Notes under the pieces: generated by a model | Told to the model about the DNA's origin: nothing | What the model saw: the letters and a program-made list of their open reading frames with translations, nothing else | The model's database searches: none | Source of the DNA: Amoebidium appalachense | Lineage: Eukaryota > Protista > Ichthyosporea | Length of the DNA stretch: 64,000 nt | NCBI GenBank assembly: GCA_963693365.1 | Contig: CAVNZM010000012.1 | Coordinates: 9,211,056 to 9,275,055 of the forward strand | Direction: 5' to 3' | Shown here: one piece after another, positions 51,780 to 64,000 of the stretch | Layout of the letters: each line of letters opens with the position of its first letter | How positions within the stretch are numbered: the stretch's first letter is position 1 | Translations under genes and position numbers: made by a program

Positions 51780-54700
51780 ACTGGTGCAGGTGCATACCAT
51801 TCTACTCCAACACAGGAATGGCTTTGGCAGGTCCCAAAGTGCGCAACGTGCTGCTGCATCTAACCATACACGCAGCCAGCTTTGAATTCATTATTTTTTT
51901 CATTGCCTACATCACACTTTTATTACTGACCTCGACATGGATTTAGGGAAGCATTATTGTCCAAATTGCTACGTCTGAAGCTGCTTCGCTGCTGGCCCAC
52001 TCGCTTCTCCTTACCGCCGTCATCATGGCCGCAACGCATCCTTTTATTGCAGTATGCGCGAACACATTCCACACTAAACCAATCGGACACTACATGCTAC
52101 ATTACCATACATCCCGCGTTGTTAAAAACATTATTTGCAATACACATGACCACATTTACACTCCGCCTGTTTGGCCTCTCAAACGTGTTATACCTGCAAG
52201 AAAACACGCCAATTCTAGTGACGACGAAAACAGCTACTTTGACCCCACAGGAGTACTATGACAATGACTCACGTGCACATTCCGGAGCATTGCGGACTCG
52301 ACCAATCAAAACGATCTACCAGGCCCACTCAGAGGTGGCATCGATGGCATGTGTGGCACTGGCGGCGACGGAAATGAAGATGGAGACGACCATAACAATA
52401 ATGGTAACCACAAAGCTAATAGTAACCATCCTCCATCTGTTGCATACACTACTGCATCTAAATTTCGGGCACTGAGAACCTTGATCATCGACGAAGCATA
52501 TGAACCGCTGGAGCAGATGGATTTGTCTTCATATACATCCTTAAACGAATTCCTTACAGCATACCGTCAACTTTTCTTAACACCCTTGCGTATATTTCCC
52601 ATGCATATGCATGCTATGCACATATTATTACAACCCTAGCGTATACAATCATCAACGTAACCTTCGTACATGGAAAACCAAATTCCTGAAAACTCTTTCG
52701 TTCTGTGGAGATCAAAACGAGTCGACTAAGATTTAAAAATGGCAGACATCTCTCCATAACTATCCAGACGTTCGTACAGCTGCTCAGGGTGAAACGTTAG
52801 CTAAGGTTATAGATACTAGCATTGCTCGTTATGAAATGGACGTCACTGCTAACGCCCTTCGCTATGTTCCACTCGCCCGTGGTTCAAAACCTGCACAGAC
52901 ACCAGCTCCGGCCCAGGCTCCCTCTTCCAATGCTATAGATCCAGGTGATGTTGCTAGTTTTAAATTTGGTTCTTATTGTGGGCGGGGGCCGCGGTGGGTG
53001 TGGTGGGTTTGGTGGGCGTGGGCGCGGGCGGGGGCGGGTGGGACGTGGAAGTCTTGGTGGTCGTGGAGGACTGCATGGCACTAGAGAAAATGGTAGGATT
53101 ACAAAGTTGCAAGACTAACAGATTAGGAAAAAGTACACAGGTTGTTGGGTGTGTGGTTCTGTAGAACATAAGGCGTATGCTTGCCCTAGCAGAAAAGGAT
53201 TCAATGATGGGGTAGCAGGTGCTGGTTGTGGTAGCCAGGCAAAATAGGAATGCACGGGAGCTGATAGTAGGGCAGTTCCCGCTAGTGTCGATGGGCAGGT
53301 TGACAATAAAAGAAAGCATTCCTATGTTCAATCTCCCGACTCTACTCTCCCTTACGACTGCATGTATCATACACCACGCAAAGTGCATTGCATTGATGTT
53401 TCCCCCATTGTATCGCATGACATCGACCCACACATGTATGTTGATGTTCACATTGATAGCACGCATTACAAAACACTATGTGACAGTGGTGCTTCTCATT
53501 GTTAATATGCGCAGCAGTATACAACCTATAGCACAAAAACGTGTTAACACTAAGACAAACAAACACACGTGTGGGCTCTGTTTAGGGTTTAGGGTTTTTT
53601 TATATTATTATTTTCTTTTTTTTATCCCGTTTCACTCCCGGCGAGGCACTGCCTCAGGGGAGCTTACCGTCTTCCGCCTAGACACAGATCGTACTGTATA
53701 GCACACTCATAAGTCAGGATTCTAATTGACCCCAACTGGCACTATTTTTAGTTACGCCTTATCCCACGGTTCTAGCCGCAGCAACGCTAGTGGGGAAGTG
53801 AGCACAGCTCACTTTAACAACACCAGCCGGGAGCGACCCGGGACACATACACAAACATAAAGACTTGAAAGGGAAGACTCGGACCCCATGCCCAGGACGC
53901 TGACCCGAACCGTGGCCGGTGACTCGGATTGGTCTCCCACTTGGACGTTGGGCCGGGATGCCCAAGCGGCGCGCCGTCGACGTCAGAAGGCCGGTGCTGT
54001 TCATGACGTCATTGGCTTCTAGGGGGCGGCCAGACCGGTGGACCGTCGAGGCAGAACAAAAATCTGAAGTATCCAGGATCGATCCTGCGACTTTGAGCTT
54101 GACACGCGGAGATCTTACCACTGCACTTCTGGGCTCTGTTAAACAAAATGATTCACTGCATGTGCTTGGCAAGTGTGTTATCCCTTTGTTCCTTGGAAAT
54201 ACAATGTATTACTGGCCATTTTTAGTATTAGAAAATGTTCAGCACGATGCAATACTTGAAGAAAGACTTTGCAAAACAGTATATAAAAACCATTAACCAT
54301 TAAAAACACTCACTAACCACGGTTGAGGGAGAGGATATTCCAGCACAGAATCTGATGGGTCCTTCTCCTTATTCATTGTGTGCTGTGACGGTGTCAGCAG
54401 AGCAAAAGGTGATTCCTGCGCATTCTGGTCGGAGACAATGGGCGTATATCAAAAATCTTCCAGCGCCCAGCACTATCGGTTACTTCTGGCCAGCGGAGAA
54501 TCCAGATAAGTCCCCCACCATACATTTTTCTTATGTATTGATGCCTCTTGTTTGTGAGATCGAAAAGAATAACGCCATGCAGATTATTGTTAATAACCAC
54601 CACGATGTGGATGTCACTTTTCCTCGTGTGATCGGATGGTTCCAGCCTATAACATCTAAATACGAAACTATTTATTCTGTCGAGGTCGATAAAGATCGCT

Positions 54701-55468
54701 TGGACAAATTAAGCAAACAGAAGATAGATGAAGCAAACGCGCTGACCACTGAAAATCCTGATAGGATAGCACGCGCTAAGGCATTTTTTAGGAACACATA
54801 CAGGGGTGCAAGAGAGAGAGCTCGCCAATCACTGTCTTGCATTCAAGGCGTGTGGGAGCGCACTTACCAGAATGTTAATACAAGTACCACTGAACCTGTC
54901 GTGTCTCAGTGATGGTGAAGGAGTCCATGCTGTAGGTAGCTCGGGGGAGAGCATTGGCGATCAGCATGAAATTCCAAAGGGTATAGGTGATACACAAAAG
55001 CAGACACCAACCCCCAGCGCTTCGATTCCGGCATGTTTCGATTGGTCATTGGTTCCCCCTAGAATGCACGTTAAGGTAGAAGACTTACTTGAGAAACATG
55101 CTACCTGCTTCGTTTCAGGTAACCCAGCTGAGTTTAGTCAGATATAATGCTGTGAGATAGAGATCGACACTGGAGACAGTCCACCGGTGTATATAAAACA
55201 ATGGCGTTTAGAACAAATCAAAGAGGATCCGGCAAGGAAAATCGCAGAGAAAATGGTCAGGAAAGGACAAATAGAACCAACACTGTCAGCATGGTGTCAC
55301 CCAATTTTTCGGATAAAGAAATCCAATGGTGATTGGCAATTTATATCAGACCTACGAAAAAGAAATCAGGTGACCGTGAAGAAACAGTGGCCGATGCCCA
55401 ACATCCAGGAATTAATAGATAAAATGGGTAGATGTACGGTGTTAGCCAAGACAGATTTGTCAACGTAG
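51780..55468 (+). mobile_element. Decayed Ty3/gypsy retrotransposon relic (gag, protease, RT N-terminus); left boundary approximate
   Basis: RGG stretch and CWVCGSVEHKAYAC knuckle near 53145; KTLCDSGASHC protease near 53475; FLVLE...DAIL near 54220; IDTGDSPP...SAWCHPIFRIKKSNGDWQFISDLRKRN...PMPNIQELI RT at 55160-55468; many stops and frameshifts. Confidence 0.85.
53540..54055. mobile_element. 516-bp non-coding insertion in the gypsy protease (SINE-like or retroposed RNA)
   Basis: Flanked by ACAAAAA at 53533-53539 / 54056-54062; removal gives a continuous ...QPIAQKSEVSRIDP reading. Confidence 0.6.
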
Positions 55469-56494
55469 TGGGTAGCAGCCAGGGTATATAAAGTAGGGGG
55501 GCTCTTGTGCCATCAACTACATCACTTAGCTGGCATCACTGCCGATGTAAGTAGACACACTAGAGCTCAGTAGTGTGCGGGTTGGGGCTAGCGTGAAGCC
55601 GTCCATCAACCCCCCTTCATCATTCTCAAATACATACGCAGCACATAGTGACGATAAAACACACGTGTCTTCACTCTGGCAAACTATATGTAGTATACAG
55701 TTACTAGCGGATAACAAACAGTTACCATATATAGCAGTTATGAGGTGGACTTAAAGGTCTTAGTTCGCCAATTGCAAGTCCTTACGGGGCCTGGGGGACC
55801 CATTTTTTCAATCAACAGAGTGTTGTTTATTAGCCACTAGTTGAACACGTGCGCATGCACTGGCGTTAACCACTCGTGTTTTTCTTTCTTTCTAGTAATT
55901 CTGACTGTTTTCTGTTTCTTTAACCCCTCTTTTTTTCCCTTTTTTCTTTCCCCCTTTAAATATGGATTCTGAAACTTGTGGGGCATGATAATGTACACGC
56001 ACACATGCACTGGGAAAAAGCAATAATAATATGCATGAACATGTACAAGCACCGTGGAAAGCCTCCCCCTCCCCCTCCTCCCCTCCCCCCTCCCCCCCCG
56101 CCCGCCCACACACACATGTACATGTACACACACACAACCACACCGTGTATACCCCCCCCCCCCCCCCCCCCCCACCAACACACACACACATGTCTCATTT
56201 GTAGCTGCACCTTTCTGCACAAAAGCGGGCTTACCACTAGTACTTTGGTTCTTTGTCTATGCATATGCACAGTGGACATGACCCATATTTAGCCCTTCAC
56301 CTTCTCTCCTGAAGTGAACCTCCTATGAGCTTCTATCCGTTGAATCGCCACATATCTTTCAAATTTGACCCTTGTGATCACCCCCCCATCCCCTCCTCCC
56401 CTCCCTTATAGCTAATGCTTCCAGCAATAGCGTTTTCTCCGCGGGTGATAGCTAAGACTTCAAGCTATAGCGCTTTCTCCGCGGACGGCCTCTT

Positions 56495-56550
<56 letters not shown>

Positions 56551-56582
56551 GGAGGGCGAGAGGGATAGAGGGATAGAGGGAT

Positions 56583-56633
<51 letters not shown>

Positions 56634-56845
56634 GAGCGATTGAGAGAGTGTGTGTGAGTAAGAGGGGGGAAGGGGGGGGGGGCGAGAGGAAAGAGGGAGG
56701 AATCTCGTACTCGTTTCAGGCTACACATTCTCTACATCATCCTTTTTATTACATTATTCTATAAAACTAAAATACTACATTTTATATCATGTTGGTGGAA
56801 ACAACAGCACACGACGGCATACCAGTGCCCATCTCAACGTGTGGG

Positions 56846-57218
56846 TTAGGACACTGTCGGCATTTATAAAAGCACTGCAGCACTCTTAAAGCAACATCAA
56901 CAATGATCTCGACATAACATTGAATGATTTAATTCTACTCCTAAACATTCAAGGACACTGTCGGCATTTATCAACGCACTGCAGCACTCTTAAAGCAACA
57001 TCAACAATGATCTCGACATAACATTGAATGATTTAATTCTACTCCTATGTTCCAATAATTGCCGTAGCACAATATAATAGTTATCTCAACGTGAAGAAGA
57101 ATTTGCTTTAATAATCATGATGCTATATTTAGCAATTTAGCACTAGCAGCTCATGGAGAGGCTGCTTTAATAATCATTATGCTATATTTAGCAATTTAGC
57201 ACTAGCAGCTCATGGAGA
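56846..57218. repeat. Two short tandem duplications (~105 bp and ~57 bp units)
   Basis: AGGACACTGTCGGCATTTAT...CTACTCCTA occurs twice; TGCTTTAATAATCAT...CATGGAGA occurs twice. Confidence 0.85.
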
Positions 57219-57320
57219 ACAGCCAGTCACCTTGCCACTGCATTTCCTTTTGGAAAACCAGCCAGCCAAACCCATTCTCCCCCTTGCCTCCTGCCGTCGG
57301 CCCAAGCTGTGTGTGTATGT

Positions 57321-57369
<49 letters not shown>

Positions 57370-57789
57370 GGGGGTGTGTGTATGTTTGTGTGTGTGATGC
57401 CAAACAGCGTTGGTGGTGGTGAGGACCAGTTGGAACGGTAGAAAGGCGGCGGGGGGGGGGGGGGGGGGGGGGGGGGGAAGACACGATTTGGTGGTTTAGT
57501 CTGAGTGCTAGTGTGTCTGTGCAGACATTGCCATATAGCTATGCTAAAGCAATCGGCCGTGTGCGCAGCCTGTCACTGTGTGTGCAAAAGTATGTGCACT
57601 TTTATTTTTTATTATTCTTTATTTTTTTATTTACTGCCCTTTTTTTATTTTTTTTTATTTACTGCCCTTTCCCTGTGATAGTGTATCAATGTGTATCAAT
57701 TGATAGACCAAGACCACCAAAAATTTACGTGGTCTATCAATTGATACACAGAGTATAATGCACAACTAAATGGGCCTATTTTTCTCTGT

Positions 57790-58022
57790 TTACCGATTAC
57801 GGCTGGTGTCCGCAGACCCTGGGTACGTACTGCATCCATCCACAGCATCATGTGTTTGAACATAACGAATGTAGGAGCTTGAAACGACCCCCCCCCCCCC
57901 CCCCCCCCAAAATCATCATACAAACACACACATATATATATCATAGTATATATAATAGCGTATGTGTGTGTGCATGTGTGTGTGCATGTGTGTGTGCGTA
58001 TGCGTGTGCCTGCGTATGTGTG

Positions 58023-58074
<52 letters not shown>

Positions 58075-58356
58075 TGTGTGTGTGCTCTTGCACGCTCACG
58101 TGTGTGTTGGTTTTTTTTCTTCTTCTTTTTCTTCTTTTTTTCTTTTTTTCCTGGGGCGGGGGATAAAAGGCGCAGCCCTGCCTACGTACCACTAGTGCCC
58201 GATGACCTTGGATCTTGCCACTGTATGTAAGGGTCTCTCCCAGACACTCGATGGTACCACCGCCATTGTTAAGCAGATCATCAGCTTGCAGCACCCCGTT
58301 GACAGCGCTAACGGGATATTGGAAGTTGACCTTGCAGAGGCCCATGGCACGCAGAT

Positions 58357-58396
<40 letters not shown>

Positions 58397-61002
58397 TGGA
58401 GGGGGGGGGGGGGGGGGGGGGGAGGGGAGAGGGGAGAGGGAGGGAAGTCAACACAATGTCTGGGGGGATGTCTGAGGAGCGGAGGGAGGGAGAATGGCTC
58501 ATTCCTTCCCCCTACCCCCCTTCCCTCTTCTTTCCTTTCAATTCTTCCTTTGAAATTTCCTTCGCGTCTCTGTTGCGTACTACTTATTAAGCAAGGGTTT
58601 TTTTTTTTTTTTTTTTTTTTCCCATCTTCTTTTATTCTAGGGTTAGGGTTCCCCCATTTTTTTTCTTTTCTTTTTTTTTTTTTTTTTTTTTTTTGGGGGG
58701 GGGGGGGGGGGGGATTTGAGCTTAGGCCCATACGGCTGTGTAGAGGTGTGGTATTTATGGGGCACAAAAAGTATAAACTGTAGCAAAAGTTGTAATTTGG
58801 AGCATGTGTAAAAGAAAAGAGTCATGCAGCACACACAACTGGCGGCTAGAAGTCAATGTTCAGATGTCATGTGCTTAGCCTTACGTAGACAAAGAAAAAC
58901 ATACCTCTGGCACTCCCACGCTTCGATGCTGACGGGGCATCTCGCCACTTCTCCTGTAATCGTTAGAAGACCCTGAATGGGGTCATAGGATCCGACAAGC
59001 CCGGGGGTCGACGGGAACTCGCAGTCGTAAAGCATTTCACCCATAGTTGGAGACTTCAAACTTAAGCAGTAACCGCCGTTGGTCGGGTCGGTCGTGTTGA
59101 ATATCGTGCGAGCTTCCGCAGACTTAACCGCACCTACCCCAGCATTGGAAAGCATGAAAGTAAATGCTTGGCTGGAAGAGAAACAGCCGGAGGAATGGGA
59201 GAAGTTCCTCGGAGGAATGTGTGTCGGGCTCACCACTGCCTGAGTGTCAGACGTAATGGTTGTGGTTGTGCTTGTGGTTTGGGTCGAAACTGCAGTCCTA
59301 CTACCACTCGAACTAGTTACTGGTGTACACGTGGTTCCATCCCCCGCATATCCGCTATTGCACGTGCATGTTACCCCGGTCGCGGTGTCTGAGCACGTAG
59401 CATTCACACTGCATCCATGAGTACCAGAAGCACATGTAACTGCTAATGGTGTGCTGCTTTGTGTAGTGGTGGCTGGTGCTGGTGCCGGGTCCACTGAGAC
59501 GGCAGATGGAGATGGGCTAGCAACTGCACCGCCTGTAGGCTGAACTGAACTTGATAACAGAGTTGTTGTAGGCGTTGTCGTGGTGGTTGAGGCGGTGGTT
59601 AAGGCGGTGGTTGTTGTGGTTGTGGTTGTTGTTGTTGTTGTTGTAGGTGCAGGTGTGCAAACAGTCCCGCTGCCTACGTAACCGGCGTTGCACGTGCAGG
59701 TGAACTCGGTAGTGTTGGCTGTACAAGTGGCACTAACATCACAGTTATGGGTGCCGTTTGCACACAAAGCGAAATCTGAGGGGGAGTGTTTTTGAATAAG
59801 TTTGCCGTTTGTTCAAACAGAAGGTGTATTCAAACAGAACGTGTGTCCATATAGAAGGTTAAACGTTCAGAATTCATTCCGAAATCCTGTTCAGAGGTTA
59901 AAGGTTCAGAATTCATTCCGAAATCCTGTTCAGAATTCATTCCTAAATCCTTTAACTACCTGTGACCCCATTAACAGCCATGTGAAAAAAAGACATCCGT
60001 AAACACTTCAAAAGTCAATAGTCAAAAGTAAGTCAACACCAAATCTCTTCAGCCCCACGTAGATATCAGTCAATACCGCAGGCTACCCACCTGGCAGCAC
60101 GCTCATGCTGACCGTCGTTGTTACTCCATCTTCCACAGTAGTTGTTTGCTCGGTTTGCCCACCCCACTGGCCCACTACCGTTTGTCTTCTGTAGACTTTG
60201 TGTTCTGATTGGCGAATATTGAATTTGTCACGCATGGCGCTTGGCGGCAGCAGAGAGTGTTTTACCAGCCTCACCACATATGTACCCGGCTTTATAAACA
60301 GGAAAGTATAACTACCGTTGGATTCGGTCAACACAGAAGCTACTGTGACATTGGTGAAGTTTGAGATGGACACCAGTTGCACAGCCGCATCAACGAGTGC
60401 AAACTCGTCTGGGTCGTAAATGCCGTTGTTGTTCACATCAGCAAACATGGTGCCTTGGATGTTTCCGTAGGGATTCAGCGGAGTCTCGCACCGTGCACCG
60501 CTGAAAAGCTGCACAGGGGGGCAAAAAAAAAAAAAGGGGGGGGGGGGGGGGGGGTAATGGAATGAGCGTACTGAATAGGCACGTGGAGTTGGTCCCGGAA
60601 CAGCAGCGTAAAAGGGAAAGGGAACTGTTGACGTGACTACTCTAGCACCCATGCACAACCCGTGACCATGTGTAACTTAGAGTGCTGTAAGCGATATTTA
60701 TAATTTTACCATCAGGCATACATAGTACTTACCCTGGGACAGGTGCAGGTGTATCCGGTATCAGTCGCGGCTGGAGCGCAGACACCGCCGTTCGAGCATA
60801 CGGGCGGGATAAGACTGCACATGGCTGATGGCAACATGTTCGATTTGATATTAGTAGGAATTTGTGTTTGTAGTACATTATTATAGTTGATTCAAGTTAT
60901 CTAGTTCAACCTCCGGCTGTTTCTTTGAGCCTGCTGACTCCCCCCTTCAAGTTCTTTGAGCCTGCTGACTCCCCCCCCCCCCCCCCCCCAACACACACAA
61001 GT

Positions 61003-61036
<34 letters not shown>

Positions 61037-62025
61037 GCCCCCCCCCCCCCCCCCCTTTCTGTCTTATTCTCCTATAAGGGTTCGTTCCGTGACCACTCAC
61101 CTAGGAGATTAAGGGAAAGCGATGACCACGCGCTATAAGGGTTCGTTCCGTGACCACTCACCTGTGCATGTTGTGCCGTCGCCTGCATATCCTTGGTTGC
61201 AGGTGCACGTAAAGCTGCTCTCTGTGTCCGTGCACACCGCCTTGGCAGCACAGTTGTGTATCTTGAGCGTGCATTCGTCCCTTGCTACGAGATACAAATG
61301 TTGTGTGAGCGTGCATTCGTCCCTTGCTACGAGATACAAATGTTGTGTGAGTCTTAGAGTCCAAGAGAATCACTCTTACTGTGAACTCTTACTGTGAATC
61401 TTTCAATGGTAAGAGACAGGCTGTCTCTCTCCAATGTATGCAGCAGGGGTGAGGGAGGGGCACGGGACACTAAATACCTTGACAGCTTGCACCGGTGAGG
61501 GGACCACACAGTTGCACTTGTAATCCCCGAAAGGCAGGTCGACACATGTTCTATGGTGGATTGAATGATTTTAGTGTTCCGCGTGCCACATTGTTTAATG
61601 GCAAAAAGCTGATTACCTTTTATCTGTCAAATCAACAACTTGTAGGGTTAGTGAGGAGAGTACAACATGTAGGAGATTTTTTGTATAGGATCTCGTGACA
61701 GTTCGTATATGTGCATGTGGTGCGTTTGCCTTAGGCTGTCTCTGTGTCTGTGTGTGTACCTGTGCTTTTTGGGGTGTTGGAGGGATGTGGAGGAGGGAGG
61801 TGGATGGGGGGGAGAGTTGGGCGGGTTGATAGGAAGAGGTCAGCAAGTAGTTGGTGTGCATGAGTGGGTGATGAATTTGCCTTTTCTTTCGGGTTTTTGG
61901 GTGGTGGTGTCCGGGTGTGCATGAGTGGGTGATGAATTTGCCTTTTCTTTCGGGTTTTTGGGTGGTGGTATCCGTATATGTGTCTGTGTATTTTTTTTTG
62001 GTGGTGGTGGTGGTGGTGGTGGTGG

Positions 62026-62058
<33 letters not shown>

Positions 62059-62498
62059 TGTCTGCTTCTGGGGGGGGGGGGGGGGGGGGGGATGTCTGCA
62101 GAAGCAGGGGGCAAGGGAGACGATACCCTCCATTCAGGCAGAGGTTGGGGATCATTTGGCATGTTTTCTCTGCATTATAATTGATAGAGTTAGTTGCAGC
62201 TCCGTCACCTACTGCTATTGTAACTGTCATAAATGACGAGCTCTGTGTGTGTGTTAAGGGGGGGGGGGGGGGGGGGGGGGGGGGGGATGATGATGGTGGT
62301 GCCATGCAAAGACACTAAGGGCCATTAATAGGGGAACACACTAAAAAGGAGCACACCAATGTGTTTTTAACGTCCTGTCAGGATTCGTCCTGTGTTTGTT
62401 TTGAATGAAAGATTGAATTTTAACCTTTTTTTTTCTTATGTGCAGCTTTTGGCCTGTGATTTGTCTTTTGTTATTGCCGAACTGCTTTAGCTATCCCC

Positions 62499-62529
<31 letters not shown>

Positions 62530-63764
62530 AAAAAAAAAAGTTGGGGGGGGGGGGGGAACAGTCAAATTTGAAAGGAAGAAACCTTTAACAGACCCTACTA
62601 GCCATCACATGATACCGTAGGAGAAAGGGGGAACGTTGAAACGTTGAAGGATGGGGGAACGTTCAAGGATGGGGGAACGTTGAAGGATGGGAAGAAGTGG
62701 GGAGGGAGAAAGGGGGAGAGGTGCGGAGGGGGAGGGGGGGGGGGGGGGAGGGGGGGGGAGGGGGGGGGAGGGGGGGATCACAGGACACAAGACGGATGGC
62801 ACGGACGCAACAAGCTATGCATACCATCTGGTGTTACTTGATATTCGCAGAACGTCCCATAGTAATTCGCCGAGCACACACACGTGTTGTTGATGCACTT
62901 GTTCTCCGCAGGCCCACAGCCCTTTGGCTGGCAGCCAGTATCTACACAAATCCCCCCACTGCATGTCTGCAGCGCAGTGCAGTTTTCGCAGGCCGACCGC
63001 AAGGCAGCAGCAGCCTGTTGCTGACATGTGGCCTTGACGCTTCCTGACAAAATCTGTGCATCTGGCATGCGATTGGCTAACGTGGAATCCATCAGGCAAG
63101 CTTGAACAAAGCTTGTAATTTTCTCGCTTGGTAGCCCCGGGCAGGCGCTGTCGTTCACCAATTTAGTGCACGCCGCGACGAAATCTGGTCTTGGGGTAAC
63201 ACCTGCAGGTTGGGTGTACGTCCCCGTATTGGGGTCAAACTCCGGTGTAAAATCGACGACGGTTCCATTATCAAGGGCAACAGGGACCGTTAATGTAGTA
63301 TTTGACGCGTCTTCAGGAGGAACCGCAAACGCCGTGGCATTGGTATCTGGAGGAACGGTAACAACAAGATCCGCATCTGCTCTGTCCGGGCTAACGTCCC
63401 AGGTTGCGTCCACAAGCATGAGGTCCAACTCCTCTTGGGAAAACTGGTTGATTTTGGCATTCGGGAACAGCGCGTTCACTACGGATTGGTTAGCTGCAGC
63501 CACAGTGCCATTTGGAGGTGGGGTGTAGAGGTAGCAATCTCTCAGTGTAACATCCTTGTAAAGTGTAACATCCTTGTAGAGGGGAACCGGAATGGGAGGG
63601 CTGGTGGTCCATTCGCGCGAGGGGCGGGGCCTGCAATGGGCTTTGGTGGTGGTGGAGGCTCATCCGGGCACTTGGTGAGAAGTGTGTTGGCGGCGGGCAA
63701 CGTAGCGTTGGGGAAATCAACAATGACTTCTGGTGCTGGGACACGGATGCCTGTCTGCAGCCAG
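57790..63764 (-). CDS. Host gene 2 (partial, spliced): VWDE-like region, multiple EGF domains, SdrD-B-like domain, Thr/Ser-rich mucin stalk
   Basis: Approximate exons 62825-63764, 62126-62170, 61478-61550, 61162-61300, 60733-60825, 60091-60508, 58905-59775, 58189-58339. EGF patterns such as CANGTHNCDVSATC...FTCTCNAGYVGSGTVC; SdrD-B-like GNIQGTMFADVNNNGIYDPDE...TESNGSYTF...PGTYVV. Some single-base frame breaks; probably continues beyond the window. Confidence 0.75.
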
Positions 63765-64000
63765 CTGAAAGGGGCTGCATTTGTGATATACGGGCGAGTA
63801 AATAAAAAACATTGAATCGGGTAATCCTCATTTAATCAAGCAGATTACAGGTGTGGCAAATCGATACACGGCTGCGATAATTATGCACGTTACCGTGGTG
63901 ACATCCTACGGGTGAGTAAATAAAAAACTTTGAATCGGGCAATCCTCATCTAATCAAGCAGATTACTGCAGATTACTGGCAAATCGATACATGGCTGCGA

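Noticed and set aside
53581-53596. Interstitial telomere (TTTAGGG)2
   Set aside because: Only two units, within a small insertion; insufficient evidence.
53620-54070. Hammerhead or RNase P RNA in the 516-bp insertion
   Set aside because: GAAAC follows a stem but the CUGANGA core is missing; the P4-like match extends into gypsy coding sequence and has the bulge on the wrong strand.

Overview
A eukaryotic, intron-rich and very transposon-dense window. About three quarters of it is nested retroelements. There are three Ty1/copia families, named here A, B and C: A is a near-intact recent insertion, B has two full-length damaged copies plus an extra LTR, and C has an internally deleted element and two solo LTRs. 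There are also two copies of a tyrosine-recombinase (Ngaro/PAT-type, split-direct-repeat) retrotransposon, one near-intact, an intact APE-endonuclease LINE, a decayed Ty3/gypsy relic and a non-autonomous TIR DNA transposon. Two minus-strand host genes encode modular extracellular proteins (WSC, PAN/Apple, EGF, VWDE-like and bacterial SdrD-B/Cna-B-like domains); one is disrupted by a copia insertion. The most striking observations are: (1) all three copia families share a three-part binding site for the 5' half of initiator tRNA-Met, including a CTCTGCT box inside U5, and one solo LTR preserves a complete reverse-transcribed 39-nt copy of the primer that rejoins the LTR exactly at that box; (2) the Ngaro element appears to express its ATG-less YR, and possibly RT, by splicing from one gag donor; (3) the LINE has a 3' UTR segment complementary to the start of ORF2 and ends ~195 nt beyond an internal poly(A); (4) a DLRxR[LI] motif is shared by copia and Ngaro Gag proteins. 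All coordinates were counted by eye, and long homopolymer lengths may be sequencing errors.
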